A DNA stretch of 64,000 nt from Adineta vaga (Eukaryota; Animalia; Rotifera). The notes under the pieces were generated by a model. The model was not told the DNA's origin, made no database searches, and saw only the letters and a list, made by a program, of their open reading frames with translations. Below are positions 13,987 to 28,443 of this stretch, piece after piece (the first letter of the stretch is position 1; each line of letters starts with the position of its first letter). The stretch covers positions 10,205,179 through 10,269,178 of the forward strand of contig CP075493.1 of assembly GCA_021613535.1 (NCBI GenBank). Direction: 5' to 3'. The position numbers and the translations under genes are program-made.

Positions 13987-16900
13987 ATGGCTATTCCACT
14001 TGATCAACAATTCAAACTAGAAAAAAAAGGAATTACAGAAAACCGTATTCCTGTTTTGGTAATTTTCAATAGAAAATCTATTATTTATTAATATATCAGT
14101 ACTATGATTGATTGTAGGATGAATCTGGGATGGAACAACGTTGTTTCGTCACATATACTCCACTACCAACAGATATACACGACGGAGGAGCTGTTGAACA
14201 ATGGATTGAACGAATGACATTCATCTGTGAAGATTTAACATGGTTATTACAACAAAGTCATACAAAATTTTGGTGTGAAGTATGTGATTTTCTTGGAAAT
14301 AATCTCTTTTTAAAAATTAGAATTTCATTTAGGTTGTTTTTAATAAAGATTTTCATTCCATGTTTGATTCTTATTTACGTTATTCACCACGGTAAATCTC
14401 TTCTTTTTTTATCATTTAGTTTATTTAATTGTTAACATATTATCGAATAGACCACAACGAACTGTGATAGCTGATAATTATTCTTTTGTTCCAAATGGTA
14501 AACAATTAGAAGAGAACGTTTCACATCTCATGTTTCTATGTATTCTTCGACTTTCAACTCATAAAGAATCTACTGTATGTTTCATACATTCTTTCGTTCT
14601 ATTTTGAATTTCTACAACAAATCAAATAGGAATATTTCTTCACACCACAAGGATTTGGTAATATTATATATGAGAAGTATATTTTTGATATTCCTCGAAT
14701 ATTTGATATATGTTCATTATATGCAATCAATAATAAAGATTTGTTAAGTAAAATGATTGGAAATATTTTTAAACAACAAGATGCATATCATAATGATCTT
14801 AAGAATGCAATTAAAGCAATCACAGAAGTAAGTTTCATAGACTACTGATCTATTCATCAGCTATTTTATGAATTTAGGTAGTCAACACTCGAATTCAAGC
14901 ATTCAATACACAAACTGGTCCGAAAAAACTTACTGCCACGACAACGAAATCGTCCGGTTCAGAAGAAATCATTGACTTTCTCCATTATATTCTTGATCTA
15001 AGTTGTACAATCAATCGTTTATTCTCTGTTTATCCACCAACTCGAATGATACTTTTCCATGAAAACTTTCATATAACGCAAGTACGCTGAATACACTAGG
15101 CAACAAACTAAAGAAATGTGTTTTTGCTTATTTTATTAGATTGATCGAACTGTTTGAAACATTCTTACGTATTTATGAACGTACTCAAAAAGCAAATAAT
15201 CTCGAAGATAATGAGTAAGTTTAAATAAACGATTGCCAATTAAAATACTTCTCATATGAATTATTTAGAGAATTGTTCGAAGAAACAAAATATGAATCTA
15301 TTGTTTTATTCAATGATCTTCTTGCGTCATGTTGTATTGATCCATTACTTGTGAATGAGTAAGATTATTTCTTGAAAATATCGAAACTGTTATTTCATAT
15401 ACATTCATTTTTATAGAAATAAATCTGATAATGTCGAATCATTGATCGATATATTTTCATTATTAATTACAAAAAAACGATTTCTTGCTGCATATGAAGA
15501 TTATTTCGATCTTCGTGAAATGATTGATCTTGTTCATCAAACAACTAATCTTTTGTAAATAGTACAATACTGATGAAAATATCGATAAGAAAATGTATAT
15601 ATTATCTGTAGAGATGATCAACAAATTACGTTTTATACCGATGGTGTAAAACAAGCTATTGAACTTCATGGAACTCCATCATGCAAACAAAAATTATCTT
15701 CTGTATGTAGTTCAAACGAAGTTTTATGTTATCTATTTTCTCTATTTAGTCAGCAACTGGTATTTCTTCCGTTAAAAAATCAACTAATCCAAATGTTCAA
15801 ATGATTCAAGATATGTTTCCACACTTAGATGAAAAATATATTCAAGTAAGTTGGAGAGAATGAAAAGGTAATCTAGAGAATTATTTTAAAAGTTTTAAAC
15901 CCATTTTATCATTGAAATCCAATGTTTTTAATGTGTTTACGAATGTTTCGAGTGATACTTTGGAATTTGGTTGATCATCTATAAATTCTGCAATAACTTT
16001 TTCTGCTATAATTGAGGCTTCATCATCACTGATTTTGCCAACCTAAATGATAAAAATAGACAGATATAAATGTACATATTGATTCATGATTGTTTCTTTA
16101 TTGATTTACCATCATTTTAAGTGTTTCTTGTACGTCTTCCTTTGACAAACGTCCATCACGATCAATATCGTACATCTAACAGAACAATACAAAAACATAT
16201 AAGAATGTTAAATAGAAAGAATGTTAGTTTTGATCATACACGAAACATAAATTTAACTTTACGAGTTTTTGGTGTATCATCAGGAGAGTATCGGACGTTT
16301 TCTAAAGTAGATTTGGTTGCAAGTTGAGAAGTACTATTCACTGTAGTTGCTTGCAGGGATGATCGACGTTTTGAATGAGAATGATGATGACCATGATGTT
16401 CGTGTCCGCCACGAACACATTGACCGAATGTACTCATAAAGTAAACAAATTGTGGGAATGTTAATTTTCCATCTGAACCGAAATCATCCAAAATAACTTT
16501 GATCAATCGAGGTGCAATTGGATTTTCATCAAATTTTGGTACACGACCAAGATCATCTCCATCTATATAACCTTTATATCCTTTTGTATCACCGCGACCA
16601 TCACGATCAAGTTCAAAAAATCGTGTCCATAATGAAGAAATTTGTTTTTTTGAAAGGCCTAATTCATTTCTCAAGAGATTTTCTTATTGGAAAAATGTTT
16701 CTTTATTACCTGTATTATTAGTTATCTCCTCAACATTAACCGATTCCGGTAATGATGGTGTTGCACCCATCGCTATTTTGCTTCCGTTCTCTTCTGTGTT
16801 GGTTTGTCTTAGAATCGATTCTATTTATTGTTTAACGGAGAACGTGTTCTAAATGTTAAACATACGGTTAAAATAGAAAAGAATAGAAAATATTGTGTTT

Positions 16901-18715
16901 TTCTCTTATTCTCGAACATATCACATGTACGTGTAGTCATGCATTAAAATCATTATTATCATCGCTACCTATTCAAGTATGATATAAATGTGCGAGTGTA
17001 TGCTAGAGAAAAAAAGCTTGTAAGAGAAAGAAAAGTAGCCTTTTTTTTTGTATGAAATAAATATAACTGCAAGTAGAAAAAGAAGAGAAGAAGGAATAAA
17101 AATGAGAAGATAAAATATAGTTTTTGTCTTATGATTATAAATTAAATGAAGAAAATGCTCTTTTGTATATTGAAAAGATCAGACAAATAGCTAAAAGTCA
17201 CGTTCGTTGATAGAACGAGCAAGTTTATTACTTGCCTCATTTTTCTGATAAGATCGACTTGAAGATACTCGATGCCAAACGTATGAACGAGGAGAAGTAG
17301 AATTTATTAAATGTCGCAATCAAACGTAAGAGATAGAATAGAACAATATGACGAGTAGCGCATAATAATTGATTGAATGTCTGCTGTGTCTGTTATTGCT
17401 TCTGTATTCTCTCTCTTTCTCTCTTTTTCGGTGTGCGCGCTGAACTTTTACACATCGAATCAGAGAAAAGAATGTGATAATAAAGGAAGAAAAACAAGAA
17501 TTTATTCATTGTTACTTGATCTAATCACAGTAGGCTGTTGCCTGCAAACTTATAAAAGAAAAGAAAAGACACATAAGATGACTGTCATTAATGATGTATT
17601 AACTCATGTTGAATCCATAGAAAGAAAAGCATAAGTCACTGAAATAATAATAATCTATTCTCTTTAGACTTGTCTTAATCATTACGATAATAATACTGAA
17701 CGTCTTGTTAATGCTCTATTTGATAATACTGTTCCTGAAAATCTCAAATCTGAGACGATAAATACTGTAACAACGTCGGCATCAGGATTTTCATCTTATG
17801 ATACAACCGATACTGAGAATTTATTTACGAGTAAAGATCTATATCTTGTGGAACAACGTTCAAATATATATGATAATGATGAATTTGATTTCTTCAATCG
17901 TGAAAATATTGATAGATCCAGAATACATCGAGGAAAGAAGTACGTAGATATTATTTGCACGACTAATATTGATGATTTTTTGTTCTCTTAGAACACAAGA
18001 TTCATTAGCAATTCTTGATGATAAATCTCATTTGGAAGGAATGAATGAACGTTATGCTCGTCTAGGTCTCGTTCAAGATTATACAGATGAAGAATATGAT
18101 GATGAATACGATGACACATATGATGATGGTATTGTCAATGTGAGAGATAAAGATGATACGGTTGATAATGAATTAGCAAAAAATGAAAACAGGTTTGATA
18201 TTTATTACTATTAATCTTTCTCTTTTTTTATGAATCATAAAAAATTCTCAATAGATCAACTGGCATAAAACCAAGACGTTTTCGTCAACAATCGGATGAT
18301 GAAGAAGAAGAAGAAGCAGATAATGAAAATAAAGTAATTTCCTTTTAGCATGGATCTTTTTTTTTATTATTATTTCTGTCATAAATCAATCTCTCGTTCT
18401 TTCGTTAAGGATAAACGCCGCCAACAATTCGTAGAAAATCCTGAAGTTGTTCGAGAACGATGGGCACAACAACGAGCAGCTTGGCAACAACGTCATCAAC
18501 CACATCGATCGCACGCTCAACAACAACAACAACAGCAGCAGCAGCAGCAGCAGCAGCAACAGCAACATGATGTCGTTGGTAGTGCTCGTGGTCGTGGTCA
18601 AACAACAACAGTTCAGCATAATCGACGTTGGAAAGATTCACATAAATCATCACAAGGAAATCATAATCGTCGAGATCGAGCAGCACAAAAAGCAAATCGC
18701 GGCTTACTTTCTTAG
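13987..18715 (+). CDS. ASCC2: Activating signal cointegrator 1 complex subunit 2 (CUE-domain protein), multi-exon.
   Basis: Exon 1 MAIPLDQQFKLEKKGITENRIPVL at 13987. FVTYTPLPTDIHDGGAVEQWIERMTFICEDLTWLLQQSHTKFWCEV at 14130-14285 matches ASCC2 FVLYKPPP...ERATFVANDLDWLL...DKFWCQV. PQRTVIADNYSFVPNGKQLEENVSHLMFLCILRLSTHKEST matches ...FLTFLRMSTHKES. The CUE domain is split between exon ...MIQDMFPHLDEKYIQ (ends 15843) and exon TCLNHYDNNTERLVNALFDN... (from 17659). NDEFDFFNRENIDRSRIHRGKK matches NDEFDVFSRDSVDLSRVHKGK. YDDEYDDTYDDG at about 18090-18130 matches the human YEDEYDDTYDGN motif. C-terminal HNRRWKD...NHNRRDRAAQKANRG matches ...ANHNRRTMADRKRSKG. Confidence 0.85.
15861..16775 (-). CDS. CHP1: Calcineurin B homologous protein / tescalcin-like EF-hand Ca-binding protein, four exons, with an N-myristoylation-type MG start. 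Lies entirely inside an ASCC2 intron on the opposite strand.
   Basis: Exon 1 MGATPSLPESVNVEEITNNT at 16716-16775. Exon 2 is in ORF 16234-16674: LSKKQISSLWTRFFELDRDGRGD...FGSDGKLTFPQFV...KVKFMFR. Exon 3 MYDIDRDGRLSKEDVQETLKMM at about 16115-16181. Exon 4 VGKISDDEASIIAEKVIAEL...LKLLK* at about 15861-16045. EF-hand loops DRDGRG and DIDRDGRLSKED are readable. Unusual His-rich insert GGHEHHGHHHSHS. Confidence 0.8.
18518..18570 (+). repeat. Coding (CAA/CAG)n tract: poly-Q run of about 18 residues in the ASCC2 C-terminal exon.
   Basis: caacaacaacaacagcagcagcagcagcagcagcaacagcaa within ORF 18350-18715 (HAQQQQQQQQQQQQQQQQQQHD). Confidence 0.9.
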
Positions 18716-18830
18716 AAAATAAACAACACGAAAAATTTTATTTTTTTATCTTGAATAAACTTCAGTTGTTTTATAATTCTAGAAAGAAAATCTTCTATTG
18801 AGTTGTTTTGTTTTACGATATTTCAGATGG

Positions 18831-21800
18831 CGAATGAAAAACAAGAAAAAATCGACGAACAACTTCGTCCATTGTATGCTGAATTACAAAAATATAGTCA
18901 AACACAAGACTGGGATCGAGCATTAAAAGTAACAAAGAAAAGTATGTATAATTGAAGAGATTCTATTTTCTCATTTCTACGTTTCAATATGTTTAGTTTT
19001 GGGAATTTCAAGTAACGAAAAAAAAGCAACACACTGTAAAATCATTTGTTTAATGCAATTGGATAAATTTGATGAAGCATTAACAACAATTGTGAAAAAT
19101 GCAATGGATACAGAGTAAGACATTCAAAGATGAGATTTACTTCTGTTATCAGTCTGCACGAACTTCTATCCTATTTGTGTCGTGTGTCATTTAGAGATTT
19201 GATATTTGAACGTGCCTATTGTGAATATCGTCTCAATCGTATCGAAGATGCCTACAAAACATTAAAGAATGTTGACAGAGACTTAAACGAACGTGAAAAA
19301 GAATTGTTTGCTCAAGTAGTAAGTAAAGATAATTTAATATTTATACTGTTCTATAAAGTTCAACCTGTTTTCTTTTGTACAGTTGTTTAAATTAGAAAAC
19401 TATAGTGAGTGTGTGGAATCCTATCGTGCATTATTGAAAAATAATGAAGATGAATATCAATCTACACGTCAAGCAAATTTTATTGCTGCATTGGCAACAT
19501 GGAAACTTATTGATCCTTCGAAAAAAATTCAATTAGTAAATTTTTAAACTATCGAATCTATTGTCAAATATCTTTCTATTTTTAATCAAATAGGAATCGA
19601 ATGATCTAAGCGATGAAACATACGATACCACGTACAATTCTGCTTGTGTTCTTCTTAGTTCAGGTCAATATACCGAAGCAGAAAGTAAACTTCGAAAAGC
19701 TGATGGTAAGAAAGAATCAAAGATGATTTTGATTTCATCTTCAAATCAATATCTTTCTTTTCATAGCACAATGTCGACGTGAATTAGAAGAAGAAGGAGA
19801 TATGGCCGAAGACGAAATCTTACGTGAAACTGCTAATATACGGTAAGCCGTTTGCTGTTTATAAACTTACCCATATGTTATTTCAAAACATCTCTTGTAT
19901 AATAAAAATGTTACTTAAATATGTACATTTTGCTTTTTGTTGTATTTCTACTTAGACAAAAAAAGTGCACTCCATTAGCTAAGAGATAATATAAGAATTA
20001 GAAATAAGGATGCATAAAATTGAATAACATACAACTGACAACACATCATAAGTCTGAAGTACAGAACGCTGTTCTTTTCTGTTTTTAATTGATATTAGTA
20101 AAAAGCTTCTCTACGTTACTTACAATAGTAAAGATCGTACTAATTTATGCATTTAGTATAGTTCACACCAATTTGAAAAGAGCACTCTATTGTAAATGGA
20201 TTTCCTTTTTAAATTTTAGAGTACAATTAGCATATTGTCTTCAACAACAAGATAAAAATGTCGAAGCATTAACACTTTACAATGATGTTCTTAAGTCAAA
20301 GTATGATTGTTTTCTTCTCCATTCTTTGGTTTCTTTTTATAATAAAGATGGTTTTTCATTTAATAGACCAACTGACTTAGCTGTTATTGCTGTTGCTTCA
20401 AATAATTTAGCGGTCTTAAATCGTGATCAAAATCTATTTGATTCACGTAAACGTATCAAAACAGCAGCAGCTCCCGAAACAGAACTAAAATTGAATGCTT
20501 TTCAAAAGAAAATCATTCAAGTTAATGAAGCATTATTAGCTATCTACACTGGTCAAGTTTGTATTGAATTTAAAATAGTTACCGAAATATAATTGAAGTT
20601 TATTGTAGCATGATACTGCTCGACGTATTCTTGATAAGATGGTGCAAAAGAACGATGATACTGATGATACCATTCCCTTAGCAAAAGTTTCATTATTAAT
20701 GAAAGAAAAGAAATTACCTGAAGCAACGCAATTATTACAAGTAACAAAGAATATTTACAATTGATATTAACTTGAATTTTAATTTAGGAGTTTATCGAAA
20801 ATCATAAAGAAAAACGTATTTCAATCTATTGTCGATTAACATATGTACAACTTCTCCTATCACAAGGTTTCTTTTCAATCCTCAATATAATTGAAATTTA
20901 AAAATATCCTTTTTTCTTCTAGGAAAAGTTAGTCAAGCTTGTGATTTTATAAGAAAAGATGCTGAACTCTTAGTCAAGCCAGGAATTGTATGTCTTTTAT
21001 TCAGATCATTTCTCACACAGATACATAATATCATTGTATTCTAGGTGGCAACATTGGTGACACTTTATAATTATTTAGAAGATTCAAAATCTGCTGCTGA
21101 AGTACTCAATGAAGCTGTCGATCGTTTATATAATCTTGATCGAACTAAAGGCAAAAATTCTCGTGCATTATCATATTTGATTAAACAAAATATTATCTAT
21201 CAAGAAAAACAAGGCAATGCACAACGTGTAACAGAAATGCTTGAAATTCTTCATAAGTAATTATCTTTCTTTATTTGAAAGAGAAATCATCGTATTATTA
21301 TTACTTTTTAGACTTTATCCAAATGATACAAATACCTTATCGAAATTAATTGTTCATTATTTAAAATCCGATCCTGATCGAGCTAATTTATTAGCACAAA
21401 AATTACCTTCGATTAAACAATTAGCTGAAGGTGTCGATGCTGATATGCTTGAATCAACATTCGGCAAACGAGTACAAAAGGCAGAAAAAGCAACAGAAAA
21501 GTATATTTAATCTTTTTTTAGTATTACTATCAATAGAGCATACATTGGTTCATTTAGAATAAAACCAAGTGATTCAAAATCAACACTAACAACAACAGCA
21601 GCAGCAGCGACAGGTGCGGCAAAACAAAAAAAGAAACGAAAACGAAAAAGTAGATCCTTATTTTCATCTTTATTTTTCAAAGTAGTAAATTTTTTCTCTT
21701 GTCTAAAGTTTGTTTACCAAAGAAATATGATTCATCGTCAAAACCTGATCCTGAACGTTGGTTACCATTACGTGAACGTTCTTACTATCGAGGTAAACGA

Positions 21801-22010
21801 GGAAAACGTGGTAAACAAGCAGCAGTTGGAAAAGGCACACAAGGTGCGATTGGATCCGATCAATCAGCTGCTACAACAGTGACAACAGCAAGTGGCGCTC
21901 AAAGATCGATGCCAACATCGAAAACGACAACAGGAGGAGCTACATCAACTCAACCGAAGCCAACGCCACCATCTGGCAAAACAGCAGGAAAACGACGAGG
22001 AAAACATTAA
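18831..22010 (+). CDS. SRP72: Signal recognition particle 72 kDa subunit (TPR protein), multi-exon.
   Basis: Start MANEKQEKIDEQLRPLYAELQKYSQTQDWDRALKVTKK at 18831. TPR-like exons across 19000-21500. C-terminal exon (ORF 21699-22010) has the SRP72 signature PKKYDSSSKPDPERWLPLRERSYYRGKRGKRGK and a Lys/Arg-rich tail. Confidence 0.8.
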
Positions 22011-22773
22011 TTATCTTTTGCTTTTTAAAATTTTGTTTCATGAACATCACTTTTTAGCAATAAAAAACATGGATTAAAAACGTTTTTCAATTGTGCACTT
22101 TTTCCACTAATTTATAATGGAAAGAAATATAATGAAGTGACACGTCTCACTTACTTTCAAGATGACATGAGCTTTTCATAAAAGAAAGAAGGCAGTTGTT
22201 TCCGAAGAAAACAAAATTGATCGAGTTCTTTCAATAAACAATACCCTCAGGATGATCCAAATGAGGGCATTTATTCATTATAACTTCAAAATACTAAGAA
22301 TTATGTTTTTATATTTTATTGAATGACAAAGACAAATTCATATGATCATACAATTCGTTCTAACTAAAAAATAATCGAGGATTTTCATGCTACACGAAGC
22401 ATTTAAAATTTAAACTCATAGAAATAAATTTTTTGACAGTGTGTTTAAATATACGTTCTGCAACACTGAGCAATATGTGTGGAAACAATAAATAAGCTAG
22501 AAATGAAAAGATATTCTGTACATTTTAGTTATGTTTAGTATGTATACTCTGCTTTTGCAAACCATGATAATACCGCTTATAGCTTTCCAATATTATGAAC
22601 ATATACATAGCATGTATAAGATAAACGACAGATCAATAAGATTGAGTGAGATAGAGAAAGAGAGTGAGAGCGCGAGAGACAAAAAAATGAATGAAGTTAA
22701 AAACAAATGAGAAATATTCAACTGTTCAAATTGACAACGAGATTAGAAAAGGAAGAATTGAAGAGAAGAAGGA

Positions 22774-24527
<1,754 letters not shown>

Positions 24528-26377
24528 ATCACAATAGATTTCAAAACGGAATGATAAATAATCACATAAAATTCTAAAAATATAACATCAATCATCGATT
24601 TTATATAAATGTGTTTTTTTCTCTCTATATCGTTATTCAAACCTATCTTCAATTAAGTGTATATGTTTGAATGAAAGTGAATAGAAATTTCCATTTTCCT
24701 TCATTACCTATCCACATCCGCTCACTGAGCGCAAAAGGCAGCAGCTGTAGAAAATCATTATCAACCGACCGATAAAAGAACCCCTCGCATTTACTACACA
24801 AGATAATATAAAAAAAATATTTTTTTTCACAATATGAGAAAGATATAGAAACGTCAGAAATCATATGAAACGATTGAATGAAACATGAGCAATGGTGAAT
24901 GAAGAAGAAAATGAACGTAGGACTTGTCAAATTATTCTTCGCAGCTCACAACAGTATGACCTTTCCTTTGCTTTGCTTTCCTTTTCTTTTCTTTCTTTCG
25001 TTCTTCCTTTCACTCTCAACACTCTCGGTGTTCTTATTTGGACGTAAAAAAAAAGAATTGGACTAAGAATAAAAAAAAAGTGAGCGAATGGTACTATAAA
25101 TGATGAATGTATTCATTAGAATGGTAAAAGAAGCAATTCTGAATCCTGTAAGACAAGATCTTCTTTATATATACAAAAGAAAGATAATGGATAAATAAGA
25201 ATAATATGTTTTTAATGAATCTCAAAAGAACCAAAAATAATATTAACTCAAAACTTTGTATTATTGAATGAGTTTCTAATTCTAATAAATAGATGTTTCG
25301 ATATTCTTATAGTCTTTTCTCTTCTACAAATGAATAATACTACCTGTTTGTCAAAATCGATAGATTTGAAACTTATTTGAAGCAAAAAAAAGACAACTAT
25401 GTATATATATATAGAGTTAGTGAGTCATTCAACAAAGTATCGTGCTTGCTTCCTTGACAGTCAATGAGAAAGAGAAAGAGAAGAGAGAACTAACATAGTA
25501 AAGAACAAAATGCTTATATTTTTTTTCAATGGTTGATTGTTGAAACCAGTGAATAATAATACTCAGTTCGAAGGAGAACGGTTGGAAATCGAGTTCCAAT
25601 CAAACAAACGTACTACAACGCGCTCTATACATAATCGACAGAGTTCGCTAGTTTGCGTCGTAACTTTACGTTCCATACACTTTAAAAAAGATGAATAAAA
25701 CTTTTGATGATACTAATATATTATTCGACTCAATTCGATCTTATTCTCCACCAATCTATACTTACTTTTCTCTATATTCCTTAGTTTTGGAATGGTATAC
25801 ACGTATATATATTTTAAACCAATAATTTAGTAAGAAAAATAAAAAGTTAACTTATCCAATTATACTTTAACGCACTTCTATCTGTGGTTTACTCGTTAAT
25901 TCTGCTGTACAAATCATAACATTATTTTCATTAATTTAGTTTTATCACACATAGAAACTCATGGTGAAGATTATCATTTATTTGAAATACAATGACATAT
26001 TCATTATGGCGTTCTTCAGTTGTAGCTCTTTCTTAGCACATTTTTGTTATACAAGGTCATTATCTTCTATTCCACATCTATAATTCAGTTTATAATTAAA
26101 GATAACGTTCACATTTCTTAACAACTAAATTTTGAATAGAACCATCTTCAAATATACATTGTTTCAACTAGGTATTTTCATTGTATTTCTTTATGAAAGA
26201 ATATCTTTTTGAATTGTTAATTCCACATTTCGTAAAGACATTACTATTCAAATGAATTGATCAGTGCCTTAGATCTGACTATTTAATTAAATGATTTTCT
26301 ATTTTTGTAACTAAACTTTTTTCCATTGATCAATTACATTTGCATATTCATATTCCCCATATGGAAACAAGACACAA

Positions 26378-26401
<24 letters not shown>
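26378..26401. repeat. (GA)12 microsatellite in the KLC-POU4 intergenic region.
   Basis: agagagagagagagagagagagag at 26378-26401. Confidence 0.9.
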
Positions 26402-26408
<7 letters not shown>

Positions 26409-27967
26409 TTCGTGACACGGCAAGTAGTTTCACAGTTACCAGATGGTTGACGACGAAATTAAGAGTAACTCTATGCATACATATAACTCTTCTTCTTTTC
26501 ATCAATGAGATTACCGATCAAAAACGAAACTAAAGTACGTCATCGATTACCACCTGTTATCACTTGTAATTGTTCAAGTTTGACCCACCCATTCATTTCT
26601 TTCCTTTTTTGGTCATCTTCTCTGGAGACATGTCCACATATATCACTTGTTCTTTTTCACGTCACAATTAAAAACGAAACTACTAGAGGACAATCTATCA
26701 AGGGACTTATCATTGTAATTCAGGTAGATTGATCGATGAGAGTACGTTCATTTTCTTTTTTCGTTCCATCTGATTATAAATGAGAACAAGAAAAAAAAAA
26801 AGCAAATTGTTGTTTTTTTCTTTTGTTTTTCAATGCTTCAAGCTATTCACCGGCACGATAATGATTGACACAATTTCTCTCATTCATTTTTCATCTAACA
26901 CCGAATGTCAACAAATCTTGTCATCAAATTTTATATATGTCTTATCTCAATAAGAATAACATCAATACGGAAAAAGAAAAACGATGGTAATCAATACGGT
27001 CGAACAATTATGATAAGCAATAGTCTCAAGTGTCATCTGAGAATACTCTCACAAACGGACAATGTCATATAGACATAGCAACAGTAGTCGTCAATCGATT
27101 GATGACGTGACGAAAATGAATGAATGCAAAGGGCGTGTTTCACTCCTCATCATCATCGTTTTCATCGTGACAGACAAGAAACAGAAATGAGATCAGAAAT
27201 AGTTTTTTCTAAAAGAAAAGAAAATGTTCCATCTGTTCTTTTTCTCATTTAAACAAAAAACAGTTCAAAACTAGTAGTTTACTTCAAGCAAACATATCAG
27301 CAGACCGAGAATACACACACAAACACATGCACATGCCTACACCTTTTGCTTCCGATCTGATGCGTAACAATGTATTAAAAATTGATTCGTTTTTCTTTTA
27401 CCTATGCGGCTGCCTATGTTGATCATTGCCTTTAGGGCAAGTACACAAGAATAATATTTCAGTTAATGAGAAACGGAAATCTTCCATCTCAACAAGTATC
27501 TAGTAAATATGAGATCAAAGAGGCGAATGATGAGTGCGACAGAAAGAGAGAAGAGAAAAAATAATTAACGCAAAAAGTTTTACTTTTCTGATCTATGAAA
27601 ACAAACTGTTCTTAATATTTAAAATTAAGATTAATGAATTATCTTTTTGAACATTTAAAAAAACGGAGCGAATAGTATTGTATCCGTTTTTCCCGTTTCT
27701 TCCTATTATTGTATGCATCTATATATTCTTTATTTAACATGTAGAAAAAAAAGTAGCATAACAAAGACAAAGAAGAAAAGAATTGAATATAACGTGAATA
27801 GTTGATGATGCTTGTTGTGCACCGTTCATTTGTTTAAATAGGCTTTTACGAGTATTAACTTATTTATATCATTTCTTTTTTCTTATTGTGCATGACAACA
27901 AAAAAGCGAAAGAATATTAGAGTTCAATTGAATTAAAGTAAGAGAGAAGATAATACTAGAAGAGAAA

Positions 27968-27992
27968 ACGAGAGAGAGAGAGAGAGAGAGGA
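27968..27992. repeat. (GA)n microsatellite followed by GGAAGGGAAGGAAAAGGAG purine-rich tract, about 700 bp upstream of the POU4 ATG.
   Basis: cgagagagagagagagagagaggaagggaagg at 27968-28000. Confidence 0.85.
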
Positions 27993-28418
27993 AGGGAAGG
28001 AAAAGGAGATGAAGAACATCCAACTGATCGTCGCCTTGCGTGTCGCTTGCGCTTGGGGAAATCTTCTTCTTCTTCTCTCTTTACTCTGGTAAAGATGACT
28101 GACAGATGGATGAATAGAAAATTTTTATTCATTGGTTGATGAGAAAATTGTTTGACCAATGAGAAAATTTCTCTTCATTCTCTAGCAGGTAAATTTTCTT
28201 TCTCTCATATTTAATCACAGAAAAAAAAATGAGTTCTTTCTCATTTTTTATTTATCATTAATCACTCACGGAATGAACGTTAGTAACACATAGAAGAAGA
28301 AGAAAGAAAAACTCATACTTTCACCATCACAACCATAGGAAATGCAGTAGAAATAAAAACTAGGAATAACCATTATTCAACACATTGATTATATCTTTCT
28401 CTTTTTCTCCCTTTCTCT

Positions 28419-28443
28419 TGTGTGTTTGTGTGTGTGTGTGTGA
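28419..28443. repeat. (TG)n microsatellite about 220 bp upstream of the POU4 ATG.
   Basis: cttgtgtgtttgtgtgtgtgtgtgtga at 28417-28443. Confidence 0.85.

Noticed and set aside
18386-18695. Minus-strand ORFs with poly-L and poly-A/V runs
   Set aside because: Antisense translation of the ASCC2 poly-Q (CAG/CAA)n exon; an artefact of the repeat.
20089-20592. 167-aa plus-strand ORF proposed as a single CDS
   Set aside because: It is a read-through of SRP72 exons plus short in-frame introns. The real gene model is spliced (TPR exons visible, for example LAYCLQQQDKNVEALTLYNDVLKSK).
22236-22266. Small hairpin ccctcagg...tgaggg in the SRP72 3' flank
   Set aside because: A 6-bp stem with 12-nt loop; too short and AT-context-typical to call a terminator or regulatory hairpin.
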